The notes: generated by a model not told the origin, from the letters alone. Positions 1 to 12,524 are shown, counted from the first letter of the stretch. The stretch: 64,000 bases of DNA from Histomonas meleagridis 2922-C6/04-290x (GCA_020184695.1 JAANOX010000235.1:102419-166418); one strand, 5' to 3'. Numbers and translations: made by a program.

Positions 1-64
1 TTATTAAATACAAAAATTTAAGTTTTTTTCAAAACTACTTAAGGTATTAAGCATTTATCTTTAC

Positions 65-1807
65 ATGAAAAATACAAGTGAATCAGAGTGTCTTCTGAAC
101 GAAATGAACGACCATAAAATGATACCGTCAAATCTTTATTATTATTTAAAAAAAATTATAAATAAAGAAGACAAAGAAAATCAGAAAGAAAATCATATAT
201 TGGAGATTCTTCGAAATGATAATTTAGAAGAATTACAAGAAATGTCAACGCAAAATAAATTTGACTTCAATCAAACAATTGAACCATCACCTTATGAAAA
301 ACATTCATTTGTTAATCATAAAAATGTTTCATTAATTGATTTTTGTGCATTTTATAAGTCAATTAAATGTTTTAAGTTTTTTTATTAATTAATGGATCAA
401 ATGTTAAAAAAATACATTAAAATATGCGATTGCAGGCGGAAATTTAGAAATTATTCATTTATGCATACAAAATAATTCGACTATTAGCTATGTATTAGAA
501 ACGGCAATTCAATTTCAACGAAATTACGTGTTTTATTATTTTTATGATGAAAGAAATCAAAAATTTGAAGAAAGAAAAAACTTAATCTTTAACAAAGATA
601 TAAATGAATTAGGAATACAATGCTTAAAACACATTAATTATGAAATTTTATCTTTTTTAGAGAAAGAAGGTTTATCAAAATTAAATCTTTCACTCCAAGC
701 TGGTGCATTAAGTTTGCATAATCTTCCATTTATACATATATTTTATGAAGGAAAAATGATTAAAAAAGAACTTTTTTCCCAATTTCTTGGATATGGAAAC
801 CCTATGGTAGTGAAATGGCTCATCAAACAAAAAGGAATTAAGATTGAGAATGACGATGTTAAATTACATAATTCTATGTGATAAATATTTATTTAAAATT
901 TCATTAATTTTTTTGAAAAAGCATTTTTTTATGGGCATCAAAGTATAATCATGAACAATTAATTAAGTACTTTTTAAAACATGGAATTGATATTAATGTT
1001 AAAGATATTTATTTGTTTTGTTTAATATTTATTTTAATAATTTTATATTTCAAAATAATATTTGGAAATTATTTAATACAGCACTTATGAATGCATCTTA
1101 TAATGGTCATATAGAAATAGTTAAATTACTTCTTGAACAAGAAGGAATTGATATTAATGCTAAAGATAATATTTATTTTTATTATTTCATATTTCAAAAT
1201 AATATTTGGAAATTATTTAAATTAATTGAAACAGCACTTATGAAAGCATTTTTTTTTGGTCATACAGAAATAGTTAAATTACTTCTTGAACAATAAGGAA
1301 TTGATATTAATATCAAAAATATTTATTTGTTTTATTTGATGTTTATTTTAATAATTTGATATTTCAAAATAATATTTGGAAATTATTTAAATTAATTGAA
1401 ACAGCACTTATGAAAGCATCTTTTTATGGTCAGATAGAAATAGTTAAATTACTTCTTGAACAAGAAGGAATTGATATAAATGCAAAAGATATTTATTTGT
1501 TTTATTTAATATTTATTTTAATAATTTCTTATTTCAAAATAACATTTGGAAATTATTTAAATTATTTGAAACAGCACTTATGAATGCATCTTATCATGGT
1601 CATACAGAAATAGTTAAATTACTTCTTGAACAAGAAGGAATTGATATTAATGCTAAAAATAATATTTATTTTAATAATTTGATATTTCAAAATAATATTT
1701 GGAAATTATTTAAATTATTTAATACAGCACTTATGTTTGCATCTTGGAAAGGTCATACAGAAATAGTTAAATTACTACGTGAATACAAAGGAAATGATAT
1801 TAAATAA
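65..1807 (+). pseudogene. DUF3447-domain ankyrin-repeat protein, interrupted (locus 1)
   Basis: LRNDNLEELQE..IDFCAFYKSIKCF..AIAGGNLEIIHLC signature, also present in the 32766 gene. Then ankyrin units TALMxASxxGHxEIVKLLLEQEGIDINAKD at 1078-1167, 1231-1320, 1401-1490, 1571-1660 and 1724-1807, plus a degenerate unit at ~920-1006. Homopolymer frameshifts near 380 and 410, in-frame TAA at 1294-1296, and spacers between all repeats. Confidence 0.8.
858..1723 (+). repeat. Tandem ~153-170 nt units: ankyrin coding block plus T-rich spacer
   Basis: Spacers at ~858-919 (62 nt, boundary uncertain), 1007-1077 (71), 1168-1230 (63), 1321-1400 (80), 1491-1570 (80) and 1661-1723 (63). The last five share ATTTCAAAATAAYATTTGGAAATTATTTAA. 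Confidence 0.9.
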
Positions 1808-4800
1808 ATCATTTTTTTTTTTTGTTATTATTAATGATATGATTTTTTTTTTTTGAAAAATACTACAATTCAGAAGATAATGAGATCTCATTCATTTCTC
1901 TTGTAAAAAGTCATTTCAAAATAATAAAAAAAGAATTTTCAGATAAGAAATCAATAAAAATACGAAGAATAACAATTGTATTAATGAGTGTTCTCAGAGA
2001 GTTCCTCAAACTTCAAATCATGCAATATCTTTTCAACAATAATTTTATGTTAATAATGGCATCGGCAGTAGATTGCAAAAATACCCTCGTTATGAAATTT
2101 TGACTGTTCAATCTTTCCAAATGCGATATGATTTTCGACCATACTTTTTCGGGAATTTTGGAATATTTCCTATATAGTAATATTGTATGTAGATATATTT
2201 ATTTTCTAAACTATTACCTTGATCATTTTTATTGAAATTTTGAGAAAAAGTGAAAATACATGAAAAAAACAACTTCTCCAAGATTTATGCAAATGCAACT
2301 TTTTATATGAAGTGGCGCTCTTCTTTATTTATTTGTGAATAAAAAAATTTGATTATTTTTTAAGAATATTTTTTATTTAAATTATTACGAATGATCAATA
2401 TTCTGGTGAATTGAAAAATGCAGATAGGAAAAGATTATTTTTAATCCGTTTTTTGTTCTTCATTATATTTTTTCTCTTTTTCCTTGATATTGAATATTTC
2501 TATGAATAGCTTGTGATTTTTTGTTTTCGTATTTTTATCATTATCGAATGTTTTTTTATTAAATTTAAATATATTTTTTTGTCTTTTTCATCATGAATGT
2601 AGAAATTTGAAGTAATTTATGATATTTTACAATATTATTTGTTAAATCTATCATAATTATATCATATTTTTACATATTTTTTATTTTTGATAAATATCAA
2701 TCATAAATAAATTAAAAATAATATCTGATGTATTTTTCTTGTTTTAATTTTTCTGAGTCGTTAATGAATCAGACATCGATCGAATAGTATTATTAAATTT
2801 ATATATTTCGAGTTGATATCTTTTATCTCCATTATCTTTATTCATAAAAAATGATCGATTTATCATATTTAAATTCAGGAATACCGGATATAAATAGTGA
2901 GGCATCTGTCAATGGTGATTTTTATATTTTATATCATGACTATATGGTCATTTTTGAATTTTTCGATCGAAAAAGCCAATTTGTGAGGTTAACGACATCA
3001 TTTTCTATATGCATTGAAACATTGAATTAAGAAAAACCGTACATATTCAAATTACGAATTTTAATTCAAAAAGTTAACCAATGAATTGTAAATTATTCAA
3101 TTTATTTTTTTTTGGGAAACATTTCTGAAAGAATGGTTTTATTCATCTCTTAAATTTTTATCAAATAATAATATCGAAAAATTAAAGTCTCATTTTCTGC
3201 AACCAATATATTTGTGAAGCCAAATAAAACTATTTTAATTACAAAAATTTTGATTGAAAATGATCACATATCAAAAAATATATAAAAAACCAATTTTTGA
3301 GTACTTTTTGACCATCGAAATATAAATATCTTGGTAAATCATTAAAATTGAAAAATATAATATTTATATTTTAATATCTACTTTATTTTAATATTATAAC
3401 TAGAAAAAAAAGACCAACACAACTTCACAGAGCTTTTTAGATACGATTTAAAATAAAGTGATAATAAAATGAAGAAAATTGAATGAAAAAAATCATTCTT
3501 AAGATTTCAAGAACTACCATTTATAAAAAATCATATACATCAAAAATAATTAAGATTGGTCTTAAAAAATATATATTTTGAAAAAATCGGTTTCGAAATT
3601 TCCATTTCGATCTGTAATTTTTTTCTCAATTTGAAGACAGATTTTTACTTAAGTGATGATAAGGACTTAATAAAAATCAAAAAATTCATCAGAATATGTA
3701 AATTTTCCCAGTTTGAGTACCTCTAAAATAACACAATTTAAAAAATTCAATTCTTTCATAGGAAAGTTAAAACAGGTAGGATATTTAATTTACTTCTGTT
3801 CTCAGTTAACATTTTTGATTTATAAAAAATTGAAGAAGCAACAAAAAGTAGAAATTGTTGGTCAAATTTCCGCAAACATAACAATCCATATTTGTATTTC
3901 CACAAAATATTCATCTCTCTAAGGTGGATCTCTTTATCGCAAGTTTTCACAACTTTTTTCTCTTTAGTACTCTTCGATCACTGGGAGTTTTAATGAAAGA
4001 TTTGGAGCAATATTTTCAGGATCACAAAAAGAAACATCATATACTTCAAGTATTTCTTATGCAAACATAACTTATTGTGGAGCCAAAGCTTAAACTGCTA
4101 GTGTATGTTTCGAGTTCACAGTACATGTTGGAGATTGCTTCTTTTCAGGTTCCAATGGCAAATCGCCAAGTTATATCTCTGTCTATAGCACAGAATGCCT
4201 CATAAAAATCCAAAATTGTGTGTTTTTGATAAACTTCAGAATGAGGCCATCGGCGAACGATACAAAGGAAATACAGTTTTGAAAAAAAATAATACATTTA
4301 GATAATTTATTATTTGCATTTAATTCAAATTGTGATAGAAAATTAATTTTTAAGTAAATGATCTCAACGTGGTAACCATTGGAGCACTACTTATAACTTT
4401 AATTATTTTTAGCAAGTTTTTTATAATATCGAAGACCAAAGGAAATTGAGAAAGAAAGAGACGAAAGCGTAAAGTCAGATAACCCAGTACTCATGAATTT
4501 AGTAGCATAAACGATTATTTCTGGATTAATAAAATTTATTTATCATGAAGTTAGTTAAGTGGTTCAAATCTAAAAGGCAAAAATCAACTTGACTCAATAA
4601 TTTCCAGATCCATTATTTTGTTTGTTACTATTCTTTTATTCTTGGACTTGCATTTCAATGTCCATATGTATCAAATATACTTAAATTTTGGTTTCAAGAA
4701 TTCTCAAATTTGCATTGTGATGTCAACATGTATGTTTTTTCATTTCTTCGATATTAATTTATTTCTTTTTACCTTACACTAAAAACAAAAAAATCAAAAA

Positions 4801-5380
4801 CACGTAAACAAAGTTACTTACATGCAGTTAAATTATTTTTCCATCATAACCAACAATCAAAAGAATTGGCGCTTGTTTTACTTATCGATTTTCTATATAA
4901 TACATTTGTTTTATTACACACTCCGCGTTGGTTACTTACCTGAAAAAGAAGAAAATAAATGCGAACTCATCAGAATTTGGAATTTTGTTTAAAATTTGTA
5001 TAAATAATAATATTATCACCAAATTCCTTATATTTTAAGCAAAAAATCTTTAAAATATACTGATTTTATTAGCAAATGAACGGAATCAAAAGAAGATTTC
5101 ATCTTGAAGTAACATCTCAAAGCATATTCATAAATGATATTCTTCATTTAAATCTGATAATTATTAAATAAAACAATATTTTGTGCAAAATCATAATTGT
5201 CAAATCCTTAATGATATATTTCAGCTGATGACTAAATCCAAAACAAACATTTCAAATAAATATATATATAAATTGATTGCACTGTTTCTTATAAAATCAC
5301 AAGAAAAATATTTTAATTTAATTTGTGATTTATTTCATTTCAATAACATTTAATCAACATAAAATATATAATTTATTCAT

Positions 5381-7268
5381 TTAATCGACTTCTTCAACAC
5401 GTGGTCCTGATGAGTGTCCACTATTTGCTGATGCTCCACTTCCTCCTTGCATGTTCGCGCCTGGCATTCCGCCTTGTGCGCCGCCTGCCGCATGTTGATA
5501 AGCCGATTGCATAATTGGCATCAGTTTGCCTTCGAGTTCCTTCTGCTTCGCTTCGATTGTAGCGACGTCTGCGTCTTGGTTAGCGTCGATCCATGCGAGC
5601 GCGTCATTGATTTCCTTGTTGATTGTGTCCTTGTCTCGATTGTGACAATGCGTTAGCGAACTGCTCTTGATTTAATGAGTTGCGTACGCCGAAGCAGTAC
5701 CCTTCGAGTGCGCTCTTCCCTTCCCCTTTCTTACGCACTTCTTCATCTTGTGCTTTGTACTTCTCTGCGTCTGCAACCATTTTGTCGATATCTGCTTGTG
5801 AAAGACGTCCTTTCTCATTCTTAATCGTAATCTTCTTAACGTTACCTGTCGACTTATCTTGTGCCGAAACGTTCATAATACCATCTGCGTTAACATCGAA
5901 TGTAACTTCAATCTGTGGCACGCCGCGTGGTGCTGGCGGAATGCCTGTTAAATCGAATGTACCAAGCAAGTTGTTATCGCGTGTTCGTGAACGTTCTCCC
6001 TTCATAAACTTTGATTGTAACTGCAGGCTGGTTATCGGAGAATGTTGTGAAGACATTTGATCTTCTTGCATGGGATTGTTGTGTTACGTGGAATCAGCAC
6101 TGTCATAATTTCACCTGCTGTTTCGATACCTAATGAAAGCGGTGCAACATCTAACAATAAGATATCTTTGATTTCTTCATGTGTATCGCCTTTGATAATT
6201 GCTGCTTGAACTGCTGCGCCATATGCAACTGCTTCATCAGGATCAACACCACGACATGGCTGCTTACCGTTGAAGAAGTCTTGCAACAATTGTTGGACAC
6301 GTGGAATACGCGATGAACCTCCAACAAGAACAATATCGGTGACATCGACCTCGACATGTTCGCATCTCTTAAAACTTGTGCGACTGGATTCATTGTTGAC
6401 CTGAAAAGTTCATCATTTAAGTTCTCGAACATTGCACGTGAGATGTTATCCATAAAGTCGTGGCCTTCATATAATGAATCGCAGACAATTGATGCGGATG
6501 TGGCTGTGGATAATGTTCGCTTAGCACGTTCGCATGCTGTTCGTAATGTACGGAGTGCACGTGGCGATTGTCTTAAGTCGCATTTGAACTTCTTTTGGAA
6601 ACGATCTGCGAAGTAATTAACCATACGATTATCAAAATCTTCACCGCCAAGATGTGTATCACCTGCTGTGGCACGCACTTCGAACATGCCGCCATCGATA
6701 TCAAGTAATGAAACATCAAATGTACCGCCGCCAAGATCGAAGATAAGAACATGACGTTCGTTATCAGATTTTTCGTTAAGACCAAATGCAATAGCAGCGG
6801 CTGTTGGTTCGTTGATGATACGAAGAACATTTAATCCGGCAATAACACCTGCATCTTTTGTGGCTTGACGTTGACCATCGTTGAAATATGCTGGAACTGT
6901 AACAACAGCATCAGTAAGATTTCTTCTGGATAGAATTGTTTGGTTTCACCCTTCCATTGAACTTGAATCCTTGGACGATCTGCATCACCACGAACAACCT
7001 TGAATGGCCAATGTTGCATATCTTTTTGAACAACTGGATCACTAAACTTACGGCCAATCATACGCTTGGCATCAAATACTGTGTTTGTTGGATTCATGGC
7101 TGCTTGGTTCTTTGCGGCATCACCAACAAGTCTTTCATCTTCGGTGAATGCAACATAAGATGGGGTTGTACGATTACCCATATCATTTGCTATAATATCG
7201 ACACGACCGTGTCTGAAGACACCGACACAACTATAAGTTGTACCAAGATCAATACCAATTGCTGACAT
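5381..7268 (-). pseudogene. HSP70: Cytosolic HSP70, frameshifted
   Basis: [42 protein letters not shown] and C-terminal GPRVEEVD-stop (TAA at 5381-5383). A deletion near 6920 and 1-nt indels near 6350, 6060, 6000 and 5636 split it across frames. Confidence 0.92.
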
Positions 7269-7276
7269 AATAAAAA

Positions 7277-7281
7277 AATGA
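7277..7281 (-). promoter_or_regulatory. Initiator (Inr, TCAYW) of HSP70
   Basis: TCATT on the minus strand, ending 8 nt before the ATG. Matches the known trichomonad Inr. Confidence 0.55.
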
Positions 7282-7964
7282 TCTTATGAAGGCATTTTTT
7301 GGTTGAGCATTTAATGATTCAATTTAAGTATTCGACCATTTAAAGTATTGAAATATTAACGGTTCCTATGATGATGGTAACAAAATAAAAAGTTTAATTA
7401 ACTATATAAATATTTTTACTTAAATATTGAAATATATTCTAGTTTTCTAAAGTTATAGTCAATTGAAATCATATTAAAGCATTAATTTATCAAAAATGTT
7501 TTAAATATCCAAAAGACAATTATTTGCGATATTTATATTTTTTGATAAATTTATCTTCATTAAAAATCAACAACAAAATAATCTTCTTGAATGCTTGAAC
7601 TAGATAATCTTATTGCAAATGTGTTTATAGTCTCATTTTGTTCTTATGTTTCATTTCCATTAATTTCCAATTTTTGATTTCGAATTCAAATTAACAATAT
7701 AAGTAATGTTACAATAATAAAAATAATAACAACACAAACAATAATTACAATTGTTATATTTTTTTGCATATCATTTCCATTAATATATGTGAAGAAATTC
7801 GAATAATATTCTAATACGTTGAAAGAAACAATATCTGTTTTTTTGCATCTTTTTGATATCAAATAATTTCAAAAAAATTATCACAAAATTTTTGCATTTT
7901 TATGATGTAAGCAAACATATTCTAATTCAAAGAGTTTTAATTCAAATAATTTTTCTAATATTTA

Positions 7965-9845
7965 TCATTTATGAAAAGTAAATTTTTCTTGATCCAAATT
8001 AAATGAAAGGAACAATTTCAGCAAATCTTCTTTTGACCTCATCATTTCCCAAATAGTTCTAAAGAATGAATTCCAATTCATGACTTCTTCAGTTTTCAAA
8101 CACTTAAAGAAGTTTGTATCTCTGAAAGCAATTTTTTCGAAAAAGAGAAACACTTCCATCAAAAGTTCCTTATCCATAACATTAAACAAATACACAAGTG
8201 CTGCTTGGAAAGCTGCTTCTCCAGCATTTTTATCATAATGATTACAAAGTATTCTAATATTAGAAAGTATTTTTGTAACGAAGATAAACAATTTACCCAA
8301 AGAATTCATATTCAAATGATTATTCAAAAGTGCCTCGCAATTTCTCTTCATAACATTTGAATGCTTTACATTATCTGGACATTCGTATTTCGATTGAACA
8401 TTTTGTAGAAGTGATTTAAATGATTTAATAAGAGAATTAATTTTACCGAAGGCACTAATATTTAAATGATTAAAAACGCATAAGTAAGCACAATATGAAA
8501 GAGGTTTTTGTTCCAAATTTCGATTACAAAATATGTTTTGAACACTTTCATCAATAGTTTTCGTTCTACTTAATCCATTTTCTAAAAATTTATTTATAAT
8601 TTCAGAGAATATCATATTTCTATATTCTAAAATACGGTTTTGATATTTTTGATATTCATTTTCATAAAATTTTAATGTGATAATTTCTTCATGTTCGTTT
8701 GAAAGCTTTAAAATTTCGTTTTGTTGTTGATTTAATTTATTGTTATCATCAAAGAATATCGATGGGAAAATATGTCGATTTGTACCATATGAATGAAAAA
8801 AATCTATGGAAAGTGGTGAGAAAAGTGGTCTATTCCCAATATCGCGTTGAATACTTAAAATTTCATATTGACGAAGTTTGAAAAATGGAATTTTTAATAG
8901 AATTGAAATATCGATTGAAGAAAATATTAATGTTTCATATTGTAATGAACATTGCGTAGAAAATGAAGGTAAAACATCATAACATTTCCCATGTCGTTGA
9001 TCTAAAAATGCTAAACATATCAAAAGACATTTATCCTCAATTTCGCATATGTTTGTAAGGTATTGATATACTCCTTCATTAAATTTAAAAAATGTGGAAT
9101 TTTCATGGTGATTTTTCCATAATAAAAAAGATTTTTGTAGAAAACCATGAACCAAAAGTTTGAGTTTGCCTTCAAAATTTGAAGTAATTAATTCACGAAT
9201 AACTAAATAATGTGGAACTGGAATAATCTTATTTAATGATTTAATGGTGCTACAAAGCTCTGATAGAATTTGACCATTGGTAATTTGAGAAAAATCAGTA
9301 AATCGTTGAGAAAAACAGTCCCAAAGGATATTTGTATAATAATTAAGAGAAAGAAGAAATGATGATATCATTGGAAATAAATGTGATTTGGGAGCTTCCA
9401 TACTAATGAGACCTAGAAGAAGCTGTGACGCTGTTTCACAGGATTCATGTGTTGAAAAAAATCCAAATAATGCTGGAAATGTGGAAAATGCAAAAAGTGT
9501 ACTAGAAAATGAATCTGTACATTGAAATATGGAGAAAATAAAATCACGAGGATTAAGAGATACCATCCTTATTATTTTGATAATAGCTTGGCTAGAATCT
9601 AAATCAAGTATATCTAGGTCATAATCTTGACTAAAAAATAAATCTTGCATGATTTCGCTTTTTGATATTTTCGGATCTCCTGATATTCGTGCAAAAAGTG
9701 AATAATATAATAAATAATTAGATCTTTGAATAATCACATTTTGCATTTGAATACTTTGCAATCTAGACAGTACTGCAGACTTGTATTTTTTTGTCCCTGT
9801 AATTTTCTGTTTTACTTCACAAATTCGTGCTTTGTTTTTCTTCAA
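7965..9845 (-). CDS. Hypothetical protein (~600 aa); start uncertain
   Basis: Long uninterrupted ORF; no motif recognised. Confidence 0.7.
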   Translation of the reverse strand: MKKNKARICEVKQKITGTKKYKSAVLSRLQSIQMQNVIIQRSNYLLYYSLFARISGDPKISKSEIMQDLFFSQDYDLDILDLDSSQAIIKIIRMVSLNPRDFIFSIFQCTDSFSSTLFAFSTFPALFGFFSTHESCETASQLLLGLISMEAPKSHLFPMISSFLLSLNYYTNILWDCFSQRFTDFSQITNGQILSELCSTIKSLNKIIPVPHYLVIRELITSNFEGKLKLLVHGFLQKSFLLWKNHHENSTFFKFNEGVYQYLTNICEIEDKCLLICLAFLDQRHGKCYDVLPSFSTQCSLQYETLIFSSIDISILLKIPFFKLRQYEILSIQRDIGNRPLFSPLSIDFFHSYGTNRHIFPSIFFDDNNKLNQQQNEILKLSNEHEEIITLKFYENEYQKYQNRILEYRNMIFSEIINKFLENGLSRTKTIDESVQNIFCNRNLEQKPLSYCAYLCVFNHLNISAFGKINSLIKSFKSLLQNVQSKYECPDNVKHSNVMKRNCEALLNNHLNMNSLGKLFIFVTKILSNIRILCNHYDKNAGEAAFQAALVYLFNVMDKELLMEVFLFFEKIAFRDTNFFKCLKTEEVMNWNSFFRTIWEMMRSKEDLLKLFLSFNLDQEKFTFHK

Positions 9846-10551
9846 CTTTTTTTTTCTTTTGTGTAATGTACATAAAATAGTAATTTGAATGTTGTCAAGA
9901 AATATTGAATCAAAAAATATCGTCTAGTAAGTGGGAGTTCAAGAAATGAAAGGTAACATTCCAAAATGTTCAAAATAAATGGGAAATGATTATACCAATC
10001 AAGGAAGTAGTTTTTGGCTTTTCATACAAGTGATAGATTTTTATTTTAATTTTTCAAAGTAATTATTGTATCGAAAAAAATACGAAACTAAAACAAAATT
10101 TCTGAATTATTACTATAGCTTATTTTTATAAAAAAATGTAAGAATCATATTATCTTCTTAAAAGTTATTTTATAATTAATAATTTAAATTACGGTTTCCT
10201 GAATTCGAAATTTTTTTAACTTTTTTTTATTTGAAATCAATTTAAACCAGTGCTGTTTGCAAACAGTCATAATTATATTTATTTGATTAAATTTCATTGA
10301 CATTGGAAAGCTGGAAGAAAACCACAACCAAATAATCACAGAAAAAACCCCGTTAAAACAAACGATACAAAAACATTTGACTACTTTATTTTATTTGCTG
10401 TTGTTTATATATTTTCATCAATTTTCTGAGCAAATCTGGCCTTTCCTCTGTAATTTAGTGGTTGAACACAAAGGTTTTTCAATTCGGTTTGATCACTTTT
10501 TCAGAATTTCGAAAACGATGGCCGACCAACATCGTTTTTATGAAACTGATC

Positions 10552-10556
10552 TCACT
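10552..10556 (+). promoter_or_regulatory. Initiator (Inr) of carbamate kinase
   Basis: TCACT ending 6 nt before the ATG at 10563. Confidence 0.65.
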
Positions 10557-10562
10557 TTTACA

Positions 10563-11495
10563 ATGAGGATTGTTATTGCCCTCGGAGGTAATGCTCTTCT
10601 TCAACGCGGTAAGAAGGGAACTTTTGAAGATCAACAAGAGGCTGCTGCTCTTGCCATGTCTCAAATTGTCCAACTTGTTAAGAATGGCTACGATCTTGTT
10701 CTTACCCATGGAAATGGTCCACAATGCGGTGCTATCTTCCTCCAAAACGTTAACAGCGAACCAGAAATCCCAGCAATGCCATTACACGTTTGTGGTGCCA
10801 TGTCACAAGGTTTCCTTGGTGAAATGATCCAACAAGAACTTGATGCTGCTATCAAGAAGGAAGGCCTTAACAAGAAGAGCGTTTCTATTGTAACCCAATC
10901 CTATGTTGATCCAAATGATCCAGCATTCCAAAAGCCAACCAAGCCAATTGGCCAATTCTACACAGAAGAAAAAGCCAAGCAAATGCAAAAGGAAAAGGGT
11001 TACACAATGATGGAAGATGCAGGCCGTGGCTGGCGTATCGTTGTTCCATCTCCAGTTCCAGTTTCATTTGTTGAACAAGATGCAATCAAGTGCCTCGTTA
11101 ACAATGGCTTCATTGTCATTTGCTCTGGTGGTGGTGGTATTCCAGTTATTGATGACAATGGCCACACCAAAGGTGTTGAAGCTGTTATTGATAAGGATCT
11201 TGGTGCATCAGTTCTTGCCGAAGTTACCGAATCCGAAGCCTTCATGATCCTTACTGATGTCCAAGAAGCTATGATCAATTTCCGCAAGCCAGATCAACAA
11301 GCTCTTCGTGATGTTACTGTTGCTCAAATGAAGGAATACATTGCACAAGGTCAATTCTACTCTGGATCAATGCTTCCAAAGGTTCAAGCATGCATTAGAT
11401 TCGTTGAACGCACTGGAAAACCAGCCATCATCACATCTCTTGATCATGCTCTCCAAGCACTCCGTGGTGAATGCGGAACAAAGATCCTCCCATAA
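10563..11495 (+). CDS. arcC: Carbamate kinase (arginine dihydrolase pathway)
   Basis: MRIVIALGGNALL, LTHGNGPQCG, KPTKPIGQFY, GVEAVIDKD, GSMLPKV. True start placed at ATG 10563 after the Inr, not at the ORF-track start 10377. Confidence 0.95.
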   Translation: MRIVIALGGNALLQRGKKGTFEDQQEAAALAMSQIVQLVKNGYDLVLTHGNGPQCGAIFLQNVNSEPEIPAMPLHVCGAMSQGFLGEMIQQELDAAIKKEGLNKKSVSIVTQSYVDPNDPAFQKPTKPIGQFYTEEKAKQMQKEKGYTMMEDAGRGWRIVVPSPVPVSFVEQDAIKCLVNNGFIVICSGGGGIPVIDDNGHTKGVEAVIDKDLGASVLAEVTESEAFMILTDVQEAMINFRKPDQQALRDVTVAQMKEYIAQGQFYSGSMLPKVQACIRFVERTGKPAIITSLDHALQALRGECGTKILP

Positions 11496-11609
11496 GTAAA
11501 AAAGTTACAATAATTTTGTTGTTTTCCCATGAATTTTGAATAAATATTTTAATTTGCAAATGGGAACTAATTTCATCAATAGGTGTCATCCATTTTCGAT
11601 TTTTTATTT

Positions 11610-12524
11610 ATGTCTCAATCTTTAATAGAATCTAATTCTATTAAGCAAATTGAGCCTGTTTCTGATTTATTAACTTATTCGAATCTTTATCAAATCCTTT
11701 CAATATAAATGATAAAAAACAAAAAATGCTTAGTTATACTTCATTACTATCTGATTCAAGTTTATCTTCGCGCTTTCAATCAGGATTTACAGATAATATT
11801 AATCGTGAAGGTACAACTATTTTTTCAGTCACTGACAAATCTTCCAAAAACAGATATGCCATTAAACTTATTAGAAATATTAAAGTTGAAAATATTTTTA
11901 ATGAAATCTTCATATTATCAAAAGTTTCACATACTAATATCATTAAATTCTTTAACATTTGGTTTGAACATAATTCACAAGATGACATCTTTTCATTACA
12001 TTCAAATGGAATTATGTTCTAAATTAACAATTATCGATTCATGTAAAAAAGATTCATTTCACGACAAACTTCAAAAATGCATTATGGTAACAAAAGGTGA
12101 TAAATATCTTCATGATAACAATATCATCCATCGTGATTTGAAGCCTGATATTATTATTATTATTGGAAACGATGGCCTTCTAAAAATCATTGATTTTGGC
12201 ATTTCATCATTTCATATGCTAATAAATGATGATGCTATTGAATATGGAACAGTGCCTTATGATTCTCCTGAACATTATGAAAAGGAAAAGCTTAGTCCTA
12301 AAGTTGATATTTATAGTATTGGAATCATTTTCCTCGAAGTATTTGGGTCATTTAATACTCAAATGGAAAGAGCACAAACTATAATGAAACTTAAGGAAAA
12401 TGGCGAAATGAATATAAATATTGAAGAAAACTTAAAATCACTTATCAGGAAAATGACTAATAAGGATTCAAGCAAAAGACCAAACGCTGATGAGGTAATC
12501 AGTGCACTTGAGTCTTTGCTTTAA
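11610..12524 (+). pseudogene. Protein kinase, eIF2-alpha-kinase-like C-lobe, frameshifted
   Basis: YAIK (11726 frame) and YIQMELC, HRDLKP, DFG, DIYSIG, FNTQMERA (11709 frame). Frameshifts near 11700 and 12000; catalytic-loop Asn absent (KPDI). Confidence 0.75.

Noticed and set aside
1007-1723. AT-AC (U12-type) introns using the GAT/ATT start and the AC of ACA
   Set aside because: The joins tested put the next ankyrin block out of frame, and the U12 ATATCCTT donor is absent.
1007-1723. CRISPR-like array of regularly spaced repeats
   Set aside because: The units are ankyrin coding blocks, the spacers are similar to each other, there are no cas genes and the context is eukaryotic.
1900-4400. 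Possible decayed genes (short runs with coding-like composition near 2050-2160, 2870-2920 and 3990-4260)
   Set aside because: Too fragmentary to assign to any family by eye.
4932-4959. TACTTACCTG (U1 5'-end-like; on the minus strand a pyrimidine tract-CAG-GTAAGT)
   Set aside because: No U1 stem-loops or Sm site follow and no host gene is evident; a 10-mer is compatible with chance.
5447-7265. Plus-strand ORFs antisense to HSP70, and similar shadow ORFs over carbamate kinase, MYST and others
   Set aside because: Expected by-products of codon bias in the real genes; no motifs.
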